Part shown: positions 9,193 to 21,006 of the stretch, piece after piece
Numbering within the stretch: the first letter of the stretch is position 1
Layout: every line of letters starts with the position of its first letter
NCBI GenBank assembly: GCA_041617635.1
Contig: JBFJOO010000006.1
Location: forward strand, 18,756 to 82,755
Reading direction: 5' to 3'
DNA length: 64,000 bases
Origin: Burkholderiales bacterium
GTDB lineage: Bacteria; Pseudomonadota; Gammaproteobacteria; Burkholderiales; SG8-39
The notes under the pieces: generated by a model
Seen by the model: only the letters and a program-made list of their open reading frames with translations
What the model was told of the DNA's origin: nothing
Database searches by the model: none
Program-made: the position numbers and the translations under genes

Positions 9193-10839
9193 ATGAGGGA
9201 CGACGTGAAACGGACCATCGGCAGGTTCGAGCTCGATTCCGAGCTGGGACGCGGGGCGATGGGCGTCGTCTGGAAGGCGGTCGACCCGCTGATCGGGCGG
9301 CCCGTCGCGATCAAGACGGTCGAAGCCGCGCATTTCGATTTCGATCCCGAGGCCCGCGAGCGCTTTCTGCGCGAGGCGCGTGCGGCAGGGCGCCTGAGCC
9401 ACCCCAACATCGTGACCATCTTCGACGCGGGATCCGAGGGTGAGGATGCGTACATCGTGATGGAGCTGATCGCGGGCCGCACGCTGGGCGAGATGATCGG
9501 CGCCGGCAACCGGTTTCCCGCGTTCACGGTCGCTGACATCGGCGCCCAGATCGCGGAGGCGCTCGACTACGCGCATGCGCACGGCGTGGTTCATCGCGAC
9601 ATCAAGCCGGCCAACATCATGCTGACGTCGGGGGGTCTGGTGAAGATCACCGATTTCGGCGTGGCGCGTCTGGAAGATGCGTCGCGCACCAAGGTCGGCA
9701 CCGTGCTCGGCTCGCCGCGGTACATGTCGCCCGAGCAGGTGCGCGGCCACCAAGTCGACGGGCGAAGTGATATCTATTCGCTCGGCGTGCTGCTCTACGA
9801 GCTCGTCACCGGGGTCTGCCCATTCGGCGGCTCAGGGTCGGGCGATCTGATGAAGCTCATGAAAGACATCGTCAGCGGCGATCCCGTCCCGCTCCGGGAC
9901 CTTGCGCCGCATGCGCCGAAAGCATTCGAGGCGATCATATCGCGCGCGATGCGCAAGGACGCGGCAGAGCGCTATGCGCGGGGCGCCGGCGTGGTGAACG
10001 ACCTGCGCCATTACAAGATTCTCACCCGCTCGCTCGATCCCGACGAGCCCGTGACGCTCGTTCTCCCGCCGCCTGGCAAGCCGCACGCCGAGCCGACACC
10101 GGATGCGTCCCCGACTGCGGACGAGACCGTCATGGCGGCCCCTCCCCAAGGCAGGCAGGGTGAGCGTGTCGAATCGGGGCTGCTTGCCGAGCTCAAGCGG
10201 CGCGCGGGGTCGGATGGATTGCGTAATGCAGGAATATCCCGATCCGCGGCGGCCACGCGCGACCTCGATGCGCGCATGCGAACGGCACTCGCCTATCTGC
10301 AGGAGTTCGCGCGCTACGTGGGAGCCTTGCGGCCAGCGATACAGCGCGTGTACCCGTTCGTGACCGAGACGTTCAGCGGCGTGACGGTGACCGAAGCATT
10401 CACCGGATATCAGACGATCGGAGACGGCCCCGACTCGCTCCTCGACGCGATCACGTTGACCGTCAATTGCTTCGCGCCGCAGCAGTTTCGTTTCGAGCGT
10501 TCGAGCAGCTCGGTGAAACCGTTCGTCGATCACCTCAATGAGTGCGCGTTGCGCCATACGATCTCGAAGGTGCGCAACGAGCAGCGCGAAATGACGGGCG
10601 CGGTGTTTCGCGTGCTTGGTGAGATCCGCATCGAGGTGCGGCTCGTCGCGGACTACGCGGGTTCCATGGTGCGCGTCGAGGCGCGGAATCTGGAAGGATT
10701 CGGCGCGTCCGCGTTCGTCGTGTCGGCGGATGCCCTGGACCGGTCCCTGCTGGACGAGCTGGGCTGGCTCCTGCTCGGGCGGGCCAACCGGTTCGGCCTG
10801 GTTGCTGAGCGCGAGGCGAGCGGGCCGGCGCGGGCCTGA
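9193..10839 (+). CDS. Hanks-type Ser/Thr protein kinase with uncharacterised C-terminal domain
   Basis: [31 protein letters not shown] and DIYSLG are all intact. The start could also be 9115. Confidence 0.9.
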   Translation: MRDDVKRTIGRFELDSELGRGAMGVVWKAVDPLIGRPVAIKTVEAAHFDFDPEARERFLREARAAGRLSHPNIVTIFDAGSEGEDAYIVMELIAGRTLGEMIGAGNRFPAFTVADIGAQIAEALDYAHAHGVVHRDIKPANIMLTSGGLVKITDFGVARLEDASRTKVGTVLGSPRYMSPEQVRGHQVDGRSDIYSLGVLLYELVTGVCPFGGSGSGDLMKLMKDIVSGDPVPLRDLAPHAPKAFEAIISRAMRKDAAERYARGAGVVNDLRHYKILTRSLDPDEPVTLVLPPPGKPHAEPTPDASPTADETVMAAPPQGRQGERVESGLLAELKRRAGSDGLRNAGISRSAAATRDLDARMRTALAYLQEFARYVGALRPAIQRVYPFVTETFSGVTVTEAFTGYQTIGDGPDSLLDAITLTVNCFAPQQFRFERSSSSVKPFVDHLNECALRHTISKVRNEQREMTGAVFRVLGEIRIEVRLVADYAGSMVRVEARNLEGFGASAFVVSADALDRSLLDELGWLLLGRANRFGLVAEREASGPARA

Positions 10840-10966
10840 GCGCACCCGCCGCGCCGGCGGTTATTTGCATCGCTCCCCGATTCCGGCGAAAATCGCGTTC
10901 TTTCAACTATTTGACGCCCGCTCTTGCGGTTCGAGCCGCGGAGCGGCGGACGGTGGACCCGCGGCC

Positions 10967-13582
10967 ATGAACTCCGCCGAAATTCGCACCAGCTTTCTGG
11001 ACTTCTTCGCCAAGCGGAGTCACAGCATCGTGGCGTCGAGTCCGCTCGTGCCGGCCAACGACCCGACACTGCTTTTCACGAACTCGGGGATGGTCCAGTT
11101 CAAGGACGTTTTCTTGGGTCGCGAGAGCCGGTCGTACAGCCGGGCGACCACCGCGCAGCGCTGCCTCAGGGCGGGCGGCAAGCACAACGATCTCGAAAAC
11201 GTCGGGTACACGGCGCGACATCACACGTTCTTCGAGATGCTCGGGAACTTCAGCTTCGGCGATTACTTCAAGCGCGATGCGATCCGCCATGCGTGGGAGC
11301 TGCTCACGCAAGTCTGGGGCCTCGCCGGCGAGCGGATGTGGATCACGGTGTACGAGACCGACGACGAGGCCTACGAGATCTGGACCAAGGATATCGGCGT
11401 TCCGGCCGATCGCGTGCTGCGGATCGGCGACAAGCCCGGGGCCGGGAAGTACCAGAGCGACAATTTCTGGCAGATGGGCGACACCGGTCCGTGCGGCCCG
11501 TGTTCGGAGATCTTCTGGGATCACGGTCCAGGCGTTCCGGGCGGCCCGCCCGGCTCGGCGGATGCCGACGGAGACCGGTACATCGAGATCTGGAACCTGG
11601 TCGTCATGCAGTTCATCCGCGACGAAGCGGGCGTGCTGCATCCGCTGCCGAAGCCTTCGGTGGATACCGGCATGGGCCTGGAGCGCATCGCGGCCGTGCT
11701 GCAGGGCGTGCACGCCAACTATGAGATCGACCTGTTTCAGGATCTCATCAAGGCTGCCGCGCGGGAGACCGGGACGCGGGACCTCGCCGACAACTCGCTC
11801 AAGGTGATCGCAGATCACGTTCGCGCCTGTGCGTTCCTGATCGTCGATGGCGTCATTCCGGGGAACGAAGGGCGCGGCTACGTGCTTCGCCGCATCATCC
11901 GCCGCGCGCTGCGTCACGGCTATCAGCTCGGGCGGAAGGAGCCGTTCTTCTACCGGCTGGTGGACGATCTCGCTCGCGTGATGGGATCGGCATACCCGGA
12001 GTTGTCGAAGGCGCGGGAGCGGGTGAAGCAGGTGCTCCGCGCCGAGGAGGAGCGTTTCGGCGAGACCCTCGAGCACGGCATGAAGGTCCTCGAAGGCGCG
12101 TTGACGCGCGAGGATCGGATGCTGGACGGGGAGACCGTGTTCCAGCTCTACGACACCTTCGGGTTTCCGGTGGATCTCACCGCCGACATCGCGCGTGGGC
12201 GCGGCGTCATGATCGACCACGCCGGATTCGAGGCCGCCATGGCGCGTCAGCGCGAGCAGGCGCGCGCCGCGTCGAAGTTCAAGATGACGGCGGGCATCGA
12301 GTATCACGGCAAGCCCACCGAGTTTCGCGGCTACGAGGCGCTCGACATCGAAGGCACGGTCGTCGCGATCTACCGGGAGGGAACGCAGGTCGAGGAGATC
12401 CAGTCCGGCGAGACTGCCGCCGTGGTACTGAATCGCACGCCGTTCTACGCGGAATCGGGCGGACAGGTCGGCGATCGTGGCGAGCTGGTCGGCTCCGCGG
12501 GCACCTTTGTCGTTGACGATACGCAGAAGATCCAGGCGGAAGTATTCGGCCACCAGGGGCGGCTCACCACCGGCCGGCTGCGCGTCGGCGAGGCGGTGAA
12601 GGCCAAGGTCGACCCGGTCGCGCGGGCGCGTGCGGCATGGAACCACTCCGCGACCCACCTGATGCATGCAGCGCTGCGCCAGGTGCTCGGGGCGCACGTT
12701 CAGCAGAAAGGCTCGCTCGTCGATTCCGAGCGCACGCGCTTCGATTTCGCCCACAACGAGCCGCTGACCGAAGAGGAGATCCGGGAGGTCGAGGCGCTGG
12801 TCAATCGGGAGATTCGCCGGAACGTGGAAGTATCGGCGCGGATCATGAAGTTCGACGACGCGATTCGCGCCGGCGCGCTCGCCTTTTTCGGCGACAAGTA
12901 CGGCGACGAAGTGCGCGTGCTGCAGATGGGGGATTTCTCAACCGAGCTCTGCGGCGGAACGCACGTGCGCCGCACCGGCGACATCGGATTCTTCAAGATC
13001 ATCTCGCAGACCGGGATCGCCGCAGGCGTCCGGCGTGTGGAGGCAGTGACCGCCGACGGCGCGCTCGCGCTGGTGCAGGATCAAGAGGCGCAGCTCGCCG
13101 AGGCAGCGGCGGCGCTGAAGGCGCAACCGACCGAGATCACGGCGAAGATCCGGCAGATGCTGGACAACGTGCGGTCGCTCGAGAAAGAGCTCGCGCGCCT
13201 CAAGTCCCGGGCCGCCGCTGCCCAGGGCGACGATCTCGCCGCGCGGGCCGACGACGTGAAAGGAGTCAAGGTCCTCGCCGCGACTCTGGATGGCGCGGAT
13301 GCGAAGACGCTGCGTGAGACCATGGACAAGCTCAAGGACAAGCTCCGGACTGCGACGATCGTCCTCGCGGCGAGCGATGGCGAGAAAGTCAGCCTGATTG
13401 CGGGCGTCACGGCCGACCTCACGGCGAAAGTCAAGGCGGGCGAGCTCGTGAATTTTGTCGCCCGGCAGGTTGGCGGCAAGGGCGGTGGCCGGGCGGACAT
13501 GGCACAGGCCGGTGGCAGCGAACCTGCCAAGGTGCCCGCGGCGCTCGGTTCCGTGAAGGGCTGGGTGGCCGAGCGGCTGTGA
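10967..13582 (+). CDS. alaS: Alanine--tRNA ligase
   Basis: [30 protein letters not shown], editing HSATH...ELCGGTH, and C-terminal GGKGGG. Confidence 0.99.
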   Translation: MNSAEIRTSFLDFFAKRSHSIVASSPLVPANDPTLLFTNSGMVQFKDVFLGRESRSYSRATTAQRCLRAGGKHNDLENVGYTARHHTFFEMLGNFSFGDYFKRDAIRHAWELLTQVWGLAGERMWITVYETDDEAYEIWTKDIGVPADRVLRIGDKPGAGKYQSDNFWQMGDTGPCGPCSEIFWDHGPGVPGGPPGSADADGDRYIEIWNLVVMQFIRDEAGVLHPLPKPSVDTGMGLERIAAVLQGVHANYEIDLFQDLIKAAARETGTRDLADNSLKVIADHVRACAFLIVDGVIPGNEGRGYVLRRIIRRALRHGYQLGRKEPFFYRLVDDLARVMGSAYPELSKARERVKQVLRAEEERFGETLEHGMKVLEGALTREDRMLDGETVFQLYDTFGFPVDLTADIARGRGVMIDHAGFEAAMARQREQARAASKFKMTAGIEYHGKPTEFRGYEALDIEGTVVAIYREGTQVEEIQSGETAAVVLNRTPFYAESGGQVGDRGELVGSAGTFVVDDTQKIQAEVFGHQGRLTTGRLRVGEAVKAKVDPVARARAAWNHSATHLMHAALRQVLGAHVQQKGSLVDSERTRFDFAHNEPLTEEEIREVEALVNREIRRNVEVSARIMKFDDAIRAGALAFFGDKYGDEVRVLQMGDFSTELCGGTHVRRTGDIGFFKIISQTGIAAGVRRVEAVTADGALALVQDQEAQLAEAAAALKAQPTEITAKIRQMLDNVRSLEKELARLKSRAAAAQGDDLAARADDVKGVKVLAATLDGADAKTLRETMDKLKDKLRTATIVLAASDGEKVSLIAGVTADLTAKVKAGELVNFVARQVGGKGGGRADMAQAGGSEPAKVPAALGSVKGWVAERL

Positions 13583-13667
13583 CGCTGCGCGCGGCGCGGG
13601 GCGGTCGCGGCCGCGCGCAATTCGGCTAGAATCAATAGCTTCCGTCGAGTCCTCTGAGAACTAAGCC

Positions 13668-14792
<1,125 letters not shown>

Positions 14793-14847
14793 TGCGGCGG
14801 CACCTTGAGCGCGCGGCGCGGGCTGCCCGGACGCGTGAAAGCGCGCG

Positions 14848-15615
14848 GTGCAGGGCGCGCGATTGACCGAGCTCCTGCCATTCTCGGTCGGCGAGCTTGC
14901 GGCAATCGCGGCGATTCTCCTGCTCGCCTACGTTGTCCTTGGCACCAGCGGATTCGGATCGGCTGTCGTCGGCATCCCGCTCCTTGCGCACGTGGTGCCG
15001 CTGCGCTTCGCAGTGCCGCTGGTGCTGCTGCTCGACGTCGTCGGAATGATCATCCAGTCGGCCCAGGTCCGCAGGCAGATCAACCGGGCGGAGCTGAAGC
15101 GGCTCATGCCGTTCATGGTGCTCGGCATCGCTTTGGGCACGACCTTGCTGGCGAACCTGCCGCAGCGGGCGCTGGTAGCGCTGCTTGGCTGCCTGGCGGT
15201 GGGATATGGGCTGCTCAACCTGGCGGGCAGGGTGTCGGCGCGGCCGTTACGCGCTGCCTGGGCGGTGCCCGCCGGTGTGGCGGGTGGGACGATGGGCGCG
15301 CTCTTCGGTACCGGCGGGCCGATCTATATCATCTTTCTCTCACGGCGGCTCGCCGACATGGTCGAGTTGCGCGCCACGATCACCGCGGTGCTCATGGTAT
15401 CGGTCGCCACCCGGGTGGTGATCTTCGCCGTCTCCGGGTTGCTTCAGCAGGACGGGCTGTTGCTCGTCGCGGCGGCGATGCTGCCGGTGATGTTCGCAGG
15501 GCTGAATATCGGCTGGCGGATGCACGCGCGGCTGCCGCAGGCCGTCGTCCGCAAAGCGCTGTACGTGCTGCTCATCCTCGCCGGCGCCTCGCTGCTCGTG
15601 CGCGCGTTGGCGTAG
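14848..15615 (+). CDS. Sulfite exporter TauE/SafE family protein
   Basis: Eight-TM hydrophobic pattern with the GTSGFG and GTGGP repeat-half motifs. Start codon uncertain. Confidence 0.85.
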   Translation: MQGARLTELLPFSVGELAAIAAILLLAYVVLGTSGFGSAVVGIPLLAHVVPLRFAVPLVLLLDVVGMIIQSAQVRRQINRAELKRLMPFMVLGIALGTTLLANLPQRALVALLGCLAVGYGLLNLAGRVSARPLRAAWAVPAGVAGGTMGALFGTGGPIYIIFLSRRLADMVELRATITAVLMVSVATRVVIFAVSGLLQQDGLLLVAAAMLPVMFAGLNIGWRMHARLPQAVVRKALYVLLILAGASLLVRALA

Positions 15616-15750
15616 CAGGTGGTCCGCCCACCGGCGCGGATGGGCGACGGCCCGCCCGGCTGTGGCTTATTGCTGCGCACCGTGCACCGGACCGGTATCG
15701 CCCTGGGGACCGATTTGTCATAATGCCCAGGCCGTAACGCGGGGATATCG

Positions 15751-16314
15751 ATGGCCGAGACGATCGACGACTCGAGACTGCCGCAGCTGGAGCACCTGGG
15801 CGACGCCACGCAGTTCGCCGGGAAGCTGCATGGCATGATCAACTACGCGCCGCTGTTCGAGAACTTCAGCCTGCCCGAGATCCGGCTGATGGCGCACTTC
15901 ATGCACAGTTATCGCGCCGAGGCCGGGCAGGAAATCCTGCGCGAGGGTGAGGCCGGCGATTTCATGATGATCGTGCTCGAGGGACGCATCGAAGTCTTCA
16001 AGCAGGACCGCTGGAACGCCCCGCGCGTGATCGCGACCGTCGAGGAAGGCAAGACGCTCGGCGAGATGTCCATGATCGACGGCGAGCCGAGGTTCGCCAC
16101 CTGCGTCGCGACCGAGCAAACCTTGATCGCGGTGCTGACGCGCGAGAGCCTCGCCCGCATCATTCTCGAGCAGCCGATACTCGGGGCGAAGATCCTGATG
16201 GAGCTTGTGTTGATGCTGTCCCAGCGGTTGCGCCAGACGAGCCTGAAGCTCGTGGGCTACCTGGACAAGCAGAAGGAGCTCCAGGAGCAGGTGCAGGGCC
16301 CGGGGTTTGTCTAG
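15751..16314 (+). CDS. Stand-alone cyclic nucleotide-binding domain protein
   Basis: ILREGEAGDFM and GEMSMIDGEPRFATC phosphate-binding cassette. No HTH follows. Confidence 0.88.
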   Translation: MAETIDDSRLPQLEHLGDATQFAGKLHGMINYAPLFENFSLPEIRLMAHFMHSYRAEAGQEILREGEAGDFMMIVLEGRIEVFKQDRWNAPRVIATVEEGKTLGEMSMIDGEPRFATCVATEQTLIAVLTRESLARIILEQPILGAKILMELVLMLSQRLRQTSLKLVGYLDKQKELQEQVQGPGFV

Positions 16315-16389
16315 CGGGCGCCGAGCGAAGCTAGTCTGAGCGGCTTTGCTCGGGGCAGTCAGCGTATCGGTCTAATCTCTTTCGCACGA

Positions 16390-16420
16390 ACAAGGGGGAA
16401 TCCCCCTTGTATATCCCCCC
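16390..16420. repeat. Short palindrome (ACAAGGGGG-AAT-CCCCCTTGT), REP-like or terminator, between convergent genes
   Basis: Perfect 9-bp stem read directly. Confidence 0.6.
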
Positions 16421-16436
16421 GCCTCGGTGGTTGTGA

Positions 16437-17138
16437 TCAGGCCGAAGCTGACCGGGTGGCGGCGCCGCCGTGCGCGGCGGACCACTCGGCGGGCGCATGC
16501 AGGAACTTCTCCACCTCGGAGAGCGTGCGCGCCTCGAAGTAGCCGAGCTGCTTGGCGGCTTCCAGCACGTCCCACCATGTCGCGAGCGAATGCAGCGTGA
16601 CGCCGAGATCGGCGAGTATCTTGCTGCTCTCGGTGAAGATCGAGTAGTAGAAGATCACGAAGACGTGGTCTACTTTGGCGCCCGCGTCGCGCAGCGCCTG
16701 GCAGAAGTTGATCTTGCTGCGGCCGTCCGTGGTGAGATCCTCGACGAGCAGCGCCCGGACCCCTTCGGGCATGTAGCCCTCGATCTGCGCGTTCCGCCCG
16801 AACCCCTTCGGCTTCTTGCGCACGTATTGCATCGGTAGCATCAGCGCATCGGCGATCCACGCGGCGAACGGGATTCCCGCGGTCTCACCGCCGACGATGG
16901 TGTCGATGGACTCGAATCCGATTTCCCGCAGGATCGTCGAGGCGGAAAAGTCGATGAGCGTGCGGCGCAGCCGCGGATAGGAGATCAGCTTGCGGCAGTC
17001 GATGTAGACCGGGCTCGCCCAGCCGGACGTGAAGATGAACGGCTTGTCGGCGTTGAACAGGACCGCCTCGATCTCGAGGAGCATCCTGGCCGTGGTGCGT
17101 GATACCAGTTCACGATCGGCGAAGCTGAATGCGGTCAT
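16437..17138 (-). CDS. pyrE: Orotate phosphoribosyltransferase
   Basis: [24 protein letters not shown] and the PRPP motif LVEDLTTDG. Confidence 0.95.
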   Translation of the reverse strand: MTAFSFADRELVSRTTARMLLEIEAVLFNADKPFIFTSGWASPVYIDCRKLISYPRLRRTLIDFSASTILREIGFESIDTIVGGETAGIPFAAWIADALMLPMQYVRKKPKGFGRNAQIEGYMPEGVRALLVEDLTTDGRSKINFCQALRDAGAKVDHVFVIFYYSIFTESSKILADLGVTLHSLATWWDVLEAAKQLGYFEARTLSEVEKFLHAPAEWSAAHGGAATRSASA

Positions 17139-17325
17139 CGGGCGGGCCGTGGGTCACGCGGACGGCGCCATTGTCGCACACGGTCGAGCGCGTCGGCCGG
17201 GCGAGGCCGCCGATCGCCTGTGGGAGAATGGCAGCCCCCGCCGTGATTGCGCCGGCGGTGCGCAGGAAACGCGAGAGGCCTTCCAGGAATGACGCTGAGC
17301 TCCCGCGCGGAGATGGGCCGAACCA

Positions 17326-17577
17326 GTGCGTGACCAGGAACGCTCTCCGCTCCGCATTCCGCTCGACTGGGTGATCGTCGACGCGCTGGGCGCGATTCTG
17401 ACCGGGGCGGGCGCCTACGGGCTCCTTGCCGGCCCCGGCGGGCCGCTGCCGATACTCGCCGAGCCGGGCGTCGCATGGGTCTGCATCGTTTTCGGCGTCG
17501 GCCTGATGGTGCTTGCGTTGGCGCAGATACTCAAGCGTATCCTGCGTCAGTCACGCGCCCCCCGCGAGAGGCGATAG
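17326..17577 (+). CDS. Small hypothetical membrane protein (2 TM)
   Basis: Two clear hydrophobic helices with a basic C-tail. Fills the gap between pyrE and the CDF gene. Confidence 0.55.
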   Translation: MRDQERSPLRIPLDWVIVDALGAILTGAGAYGLLAGPGGPLPILAEPGVAWVCIVFGVGLMVLALAQILKRILRQSRAPRERR

Positions 17578-17604
17578 GGCTCTTCGTTGCCGCCGCGGTC
17601 CGGC

Positions 17605-18531
17605 TCAACGCTGGTCGTCGCCCCTCGCGACGGGGCGATCGAGCCCGATGTCGGCGAACGACACGGGATCTTCGCGCGGCTCCAGGTGCGTGAAGACCGA
17701 CGCCTCCGGCAGGCGCGCCCGGACGTCGGCCTCGATGCGCTCCAGCACATCGTGACCGCGCTGCACGGTCCAGTGGCCCGGAACCAGGACATGGACGGAC
17801 ACGAACGAGCGGCCCGCGGCCTCGCGCGTACGTAACGCGTGGAAACGCACCCCTTCCTTACCGTAGGCGTCCAGCACCGCCTCGATGGCGCGCCGCTCCT
17901 CGGCCGGCAGCGCGCGGTCGAGCAGGCCGAGGAACGATCTCCGGACGAGCGTCACTCCGGACCATAAGATGTTCGCTGCGACCGCGAGCGCCACGATCGG
18001 ATCGATTCGCTGCCATCCGGTCGCGGCGACCAGGAAAATCGCAACGATCACGCCTGCTGTCGTCCAGACGTCCGTCATCAGATGCTTGGCGTCGGCTTCG
18101 AGCGCGATCGACCGGAATTGCCGCGCAGCGCGCCTGAGCACCACGGCGACAGCCAGGTTGACGCCTGCGGCGATCGCCGAGATGGCCACACCGGCTCCCA
18201 CACTCGTGATGGCTCGGGGGTTGACGAGGCGATCGGTCGCCGCCACCACGATGGCGGTGGCCGCTGCGAGAATGAGCATCCCCTCGAAGCCGCTCGCGAA
18301 ATATTCGGCCTTGCTGTAGCCGAACGCGTGGTCCTCGTCGGCCGGGCGCGCGGCGAGCGCGAGCATGGCCAGGGTGACGATCGCCGCCGCGAGATTCACC
18401 AGCGACTCCATCGCGTCCGAGAGGAGTCCGACCGAGCCGGTCAACCACCAAGCGGCGCCCTTCAGCAGAAGGGTCGCAAGCGCCGCTCCGATGGAAAGCC
18501 AGGCGAAGCGTCGCAGGCTATTCCGATTCAC
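17605..18531 (-). CDS. Cation diffusion facilitator family transporter
   Basis: LLSDAMES, HAFGYSKAEY, HLMTD and the C-terminal VFTHLEP dimerisation domain. Confidence 0.94.
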   Translation of the reverse strand: MNRNSLRRFAWLSIGAALATLLLKGAAWWLTGSVGLLSDAMESLVNLAAAIVTLAMLALAARPADEDHAFGYSKAEYFASGFEGMLILAAATAIVVAATDRLVNPRAITSVGAGVAISAIAAGVNLAVAVVLRRAARQFRSIALEADAKHLMTDVWTTAGVIVAIFLVAATGWQRIDPIVALAVAANILWSGVTLVRRSFLGLLDRALPAEERRAIEAVLDAYGKEGVRFHALRTREAAGRSFVSVHVLVPGHWTVQRGHDVLERIEADVRARLPEASVFTHLEPREDPVSFADIGLDRPVARGDDQR

Positions 18532-18611
18532 CGCACGATTTTGCGCCTCGCGGCGATGCTTCGCACGCGTTCAGCGCGCGCGAGGAGTTGACCGCGCACG
18601 GTTCGCGGCGC

Positions 18612-19421
18612 CTACCAGAATTTCTGGCAATCGCCCTTGGCGATCATGGGCCCGGTCGCAGCGCCGCCGGATCCCTTTGCGGGCTCCATCGTGATCGCGA
18701 GCGCCGGCAGGTCCGCGAGCGCCTGGTCGGCAGACGAAGCGAGCCGAATCGTGCCTTTTTCGACCCCCGGGATCATTCCGAAAGAGCGGGGCTTCGCGCC
18801 TGGCTCCGTCGGCAGGCCCCAGAGCTCGTAGCCCATGTCGTCACTCGGATTCGCCATGCCGATCCGCTTGAACCAGAGCTCGTTCGAATCGCGGTTGGCG
18901 TACGCGAGAAATACGATCTTGCCCGCGTCGTCGCGCAGCACCGCGACGTATGCGGGCTGCATCTGCTTCGAAGCGACCTCGATGACCCGCTCGACCGGAA
19001 CTTCGACGACCCGCTCGACGGGTACCTGCACGACGCGCGGTTCCTGAACTGCGACTGCGACGAGCAGCGCCGCCGCCATGCCGCTCGCGACGAGCCCGGT
19101 GGTTCGCCAGAACGCGACGCTGTCCCAGAAGCCTGCCCCGCGCGCGCTCGCGGCGGACCGGCTGGCGGTTCCGCGGGGCGGCGCGGCGTCGGTGCCGACG
19201 CGGGCTTCGATGGCTTTCCACACCCGGGGCGACGGCCGCACCGGCTTGACGGCATCGGCCAGAGGGTTCAGGCGTGCCTCCCAGCCCGCGACACGGCGGC
19301 GCAGCGCCGCGTCCTCGCGCGCCCAGCTCTCGAAGCGCAGCCGGGCCCGGCCACGCAGCGTGCCCAGCACGTACTCCGCGGCGAGCCTGTCCTGCAGCTC
19401 CGGTTTGTCGCGATATCTCAT
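18612..19421 (-). CDS. Anti-sigma factor, RskA type
   Basis: LAAEYVLGTL N-terminus, a single TM, YELWGLP and AITMEPAKGS. Lies 7 bp downstream of an ECF sigma gene. Confidence 0.9.
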   Translation of the reverse strand: MRYRDKPELQDRLAAEYVLGTLRGRARLRFESWAREDAALRRRVAGWEARLNPLADAVKPVRPSPRVWKAIEARVGTDAAPPRGTASRSAASARGAGFWDSVAFWRTTGLVASGMAAALLVAVAVQEPRVVQVPVERVVEVPVERVIEVASKQMQPAYVAVLRDDAGKIVFLAYANRDSNELWFKRIGMANPSDDMGYELWGLPTEPGAKPRSFGMIPGVEKGTIRLASSADQALADLPALAITMEPAKGSGGAATGPMIAKGDCQKFW

Positions 19422-19428
19422 TTACCCG

Positions 19429-20001
19429 CTAATCCTCGCCGAGACAGCTCTTCAGCCGCTCGAGACCACGCCGAATCCACGTCTTCACCGTTCCCAGCGG
19501 CTGCTGCATGTGAACGGCGAGCTCCGAATGTGACAGTCCCTCGAAGAAGGCCAGCATGATCGCCTGGCGCATCTTCCCGTCGAGCTTCGCCATGCATGCC
19601 GCCAAGGCTCTTGCATCGCTGGACCGCTGCAGCGTCGCGAGCGGCCCGAGCTCCTCGCTCGGCACGGCGGCGAGCGGATCCTCGCCGCTCTCCTCGTTCC
19701 ATGCGAGCGACACCTCCATTCTGGGCCGCCGCAGCGAGTCGAGACAGCGATTCCGCACGATGCTGGTCATCCAGGTCATCGGTGCCGACAGGGCGACCGA
19801 GTACGTCCTGGCGTTCATCCAGATGCTGACGTAGCACTCCTGCAATACCTCCGCCGCCAAGTCCTCTCTTCGCAACATACGTACGGCGACGCCAAACAGT
19901 TTCGGCGAGGTCGCCTCGTACAAGCGTGCGAAGGCGGCCCGGTCGCCGTGCCCGCAGGCGTCCAGCAGCTCAGCTAACTCTTTGTTTTGTTGTGGTTCCA
20001 T
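19429..20001 (-). CDS. ECF sigma-70 factor (SigK-like)
   Basis: Region 2 (AEVLQECY...RNRCLD) and region 4 (FFEGLSHSE...GTVKTWIRRG). Confidence 0.93.
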   Translation of the reverse strand: MEPQQNKELAELLDACGHGDRAAFARLYEATSPKLFGVAVRMLRREDLAAEVLQECYVSIWMNARTYSVALSAPMTWMTSIVRNRCLDSLRRPRMEVSLAWNEESGEDPLAAVPSEELGPLATLQRSSDARALAACMAKLDGKMRQAIMLAFFEGLSHSELAVHMQQPLGTVKTWIRRGLERLKSCLGED

Positions 20002-20142
20002 GCTTATCGCCCGCCGCGCGTGGCAGGGAGCGGCGCGATCTGACGCCCGATTAGTGGTGGGTGCTCGCGTACGCCTGTGCCCATGGCCGGGGCTGAGCGC
20101 GGCGCGGGGCGCCGGCGCGCCCGCGGCGGACCCCCGCGGTGT

Positions 20143-20694
20143 TCACCGATTCTTCCCTTTCTGCCAAAGGACATCTCCCACCCCCGCGTGGCGGTTCAAC
20201 ACGCGGCCGAGGACGAACAGCAGGTCGGAAAGCCGATTCAGATAAATGCGAGCCGCGACTGAGATCGATTCGGATCGGGCGAGCGCGATCAAATTTCGCT
20301 CGGCCCGCCGGCACACGGTGCGCGCGAGATGGGCAAGCGCTGCGACCCGCGCGCCCCCCGGGAGAATGAATTCCTTCAGAGGCGCGAGGTCGCCGTTGAA
20401 TGCTTCGGTGAGGGTTTCGATGCGTTTCACCTGATTCTCGTGCAGGGCGACGTGGCCGGGAATGCTCAGCTCGCCCCCGAGATCGAAGAGATCGTGCTGG
20501 ATGCCGGTCAATGCGTCCGCTACGGCCTCCGGAAGGGATTCGGCGAGCAGTAATCCAATCGTGGAATTCAGCTCGTCGACCTCGCCGAGCGCGGCGATGC
20601 GGGCGCTGTCCTTCGGCACCCGCGACCCATCACCGAGGCCGGTTTCCCCGGAATCGCCGGTGCGCGTCGTGATCTTCGAAAGTCGGTGGCCCAT
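20143..20694 (-). CDS. Cob(I)alamin adenosyltransferase, PduO type
   Basis: KITTRTGDSG, GEVDELNS, RTVCRRAER and YLNRLSDLLF. Confidence 0.95.
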   Translation of the reverse strand: MGHRLSKITTRTGDSGETGLGDGSRVPKDSARIAALGEVDELNSTIGLLLAESLPEAVADALTGIQHDLFDLGGELSIPGHVALHENQVKRIETLTEAFNGDLAPLKEFILPGGARVAALAHLARTVCRRAERNLIALARSESISVAARIYLNRLSDLLFVLGRVLNRHAGVGDVLWQKGKNR

Positions 20695-21006
20695 TGCGTC
20701 GTGGCGCAGACTATAGCATGTGGTCATGGCTGCATCTGCGACCGAAAGCGTGCATCCGGCGGCGCGCTGTGCCGCGTACAAGCAGTGATATGCGCCGGTG
20801 CGGACCGTCGGCCCACTGCAACGTGTCGGCGAGGTCACGAGGCCGTACGGTGGTCGTCAGCAGGAAATCAGCGTTCGAGAAGGGGTGATTCGAGAACGTC
20901 GCCGGTGCGGGCCAGGGCGACGCGTTGTATCGTTGAGCACTCTGGTGGTCATCAGAACAGTGCGCCAAAGTGGTGCGCGCCGGGAACAGGAAAGGAACTT
21001 CGACCG

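Noticed and set aside
20874-20897. TTCGAGAA-N7-TTCGAGAA direct repeat upstream of arsS as an operator
   Set aside because: It is short, matches no motif I can name, and no candidate regulator is adjacent.
20695-21006. Cobalamin riboswitch, or a functional link between PduO and ArsS
   Set aside because: No B12-box core is found in either orientation. The shared adenosyl chemistry is suggestive only, and divergent adjacency is not evidence.
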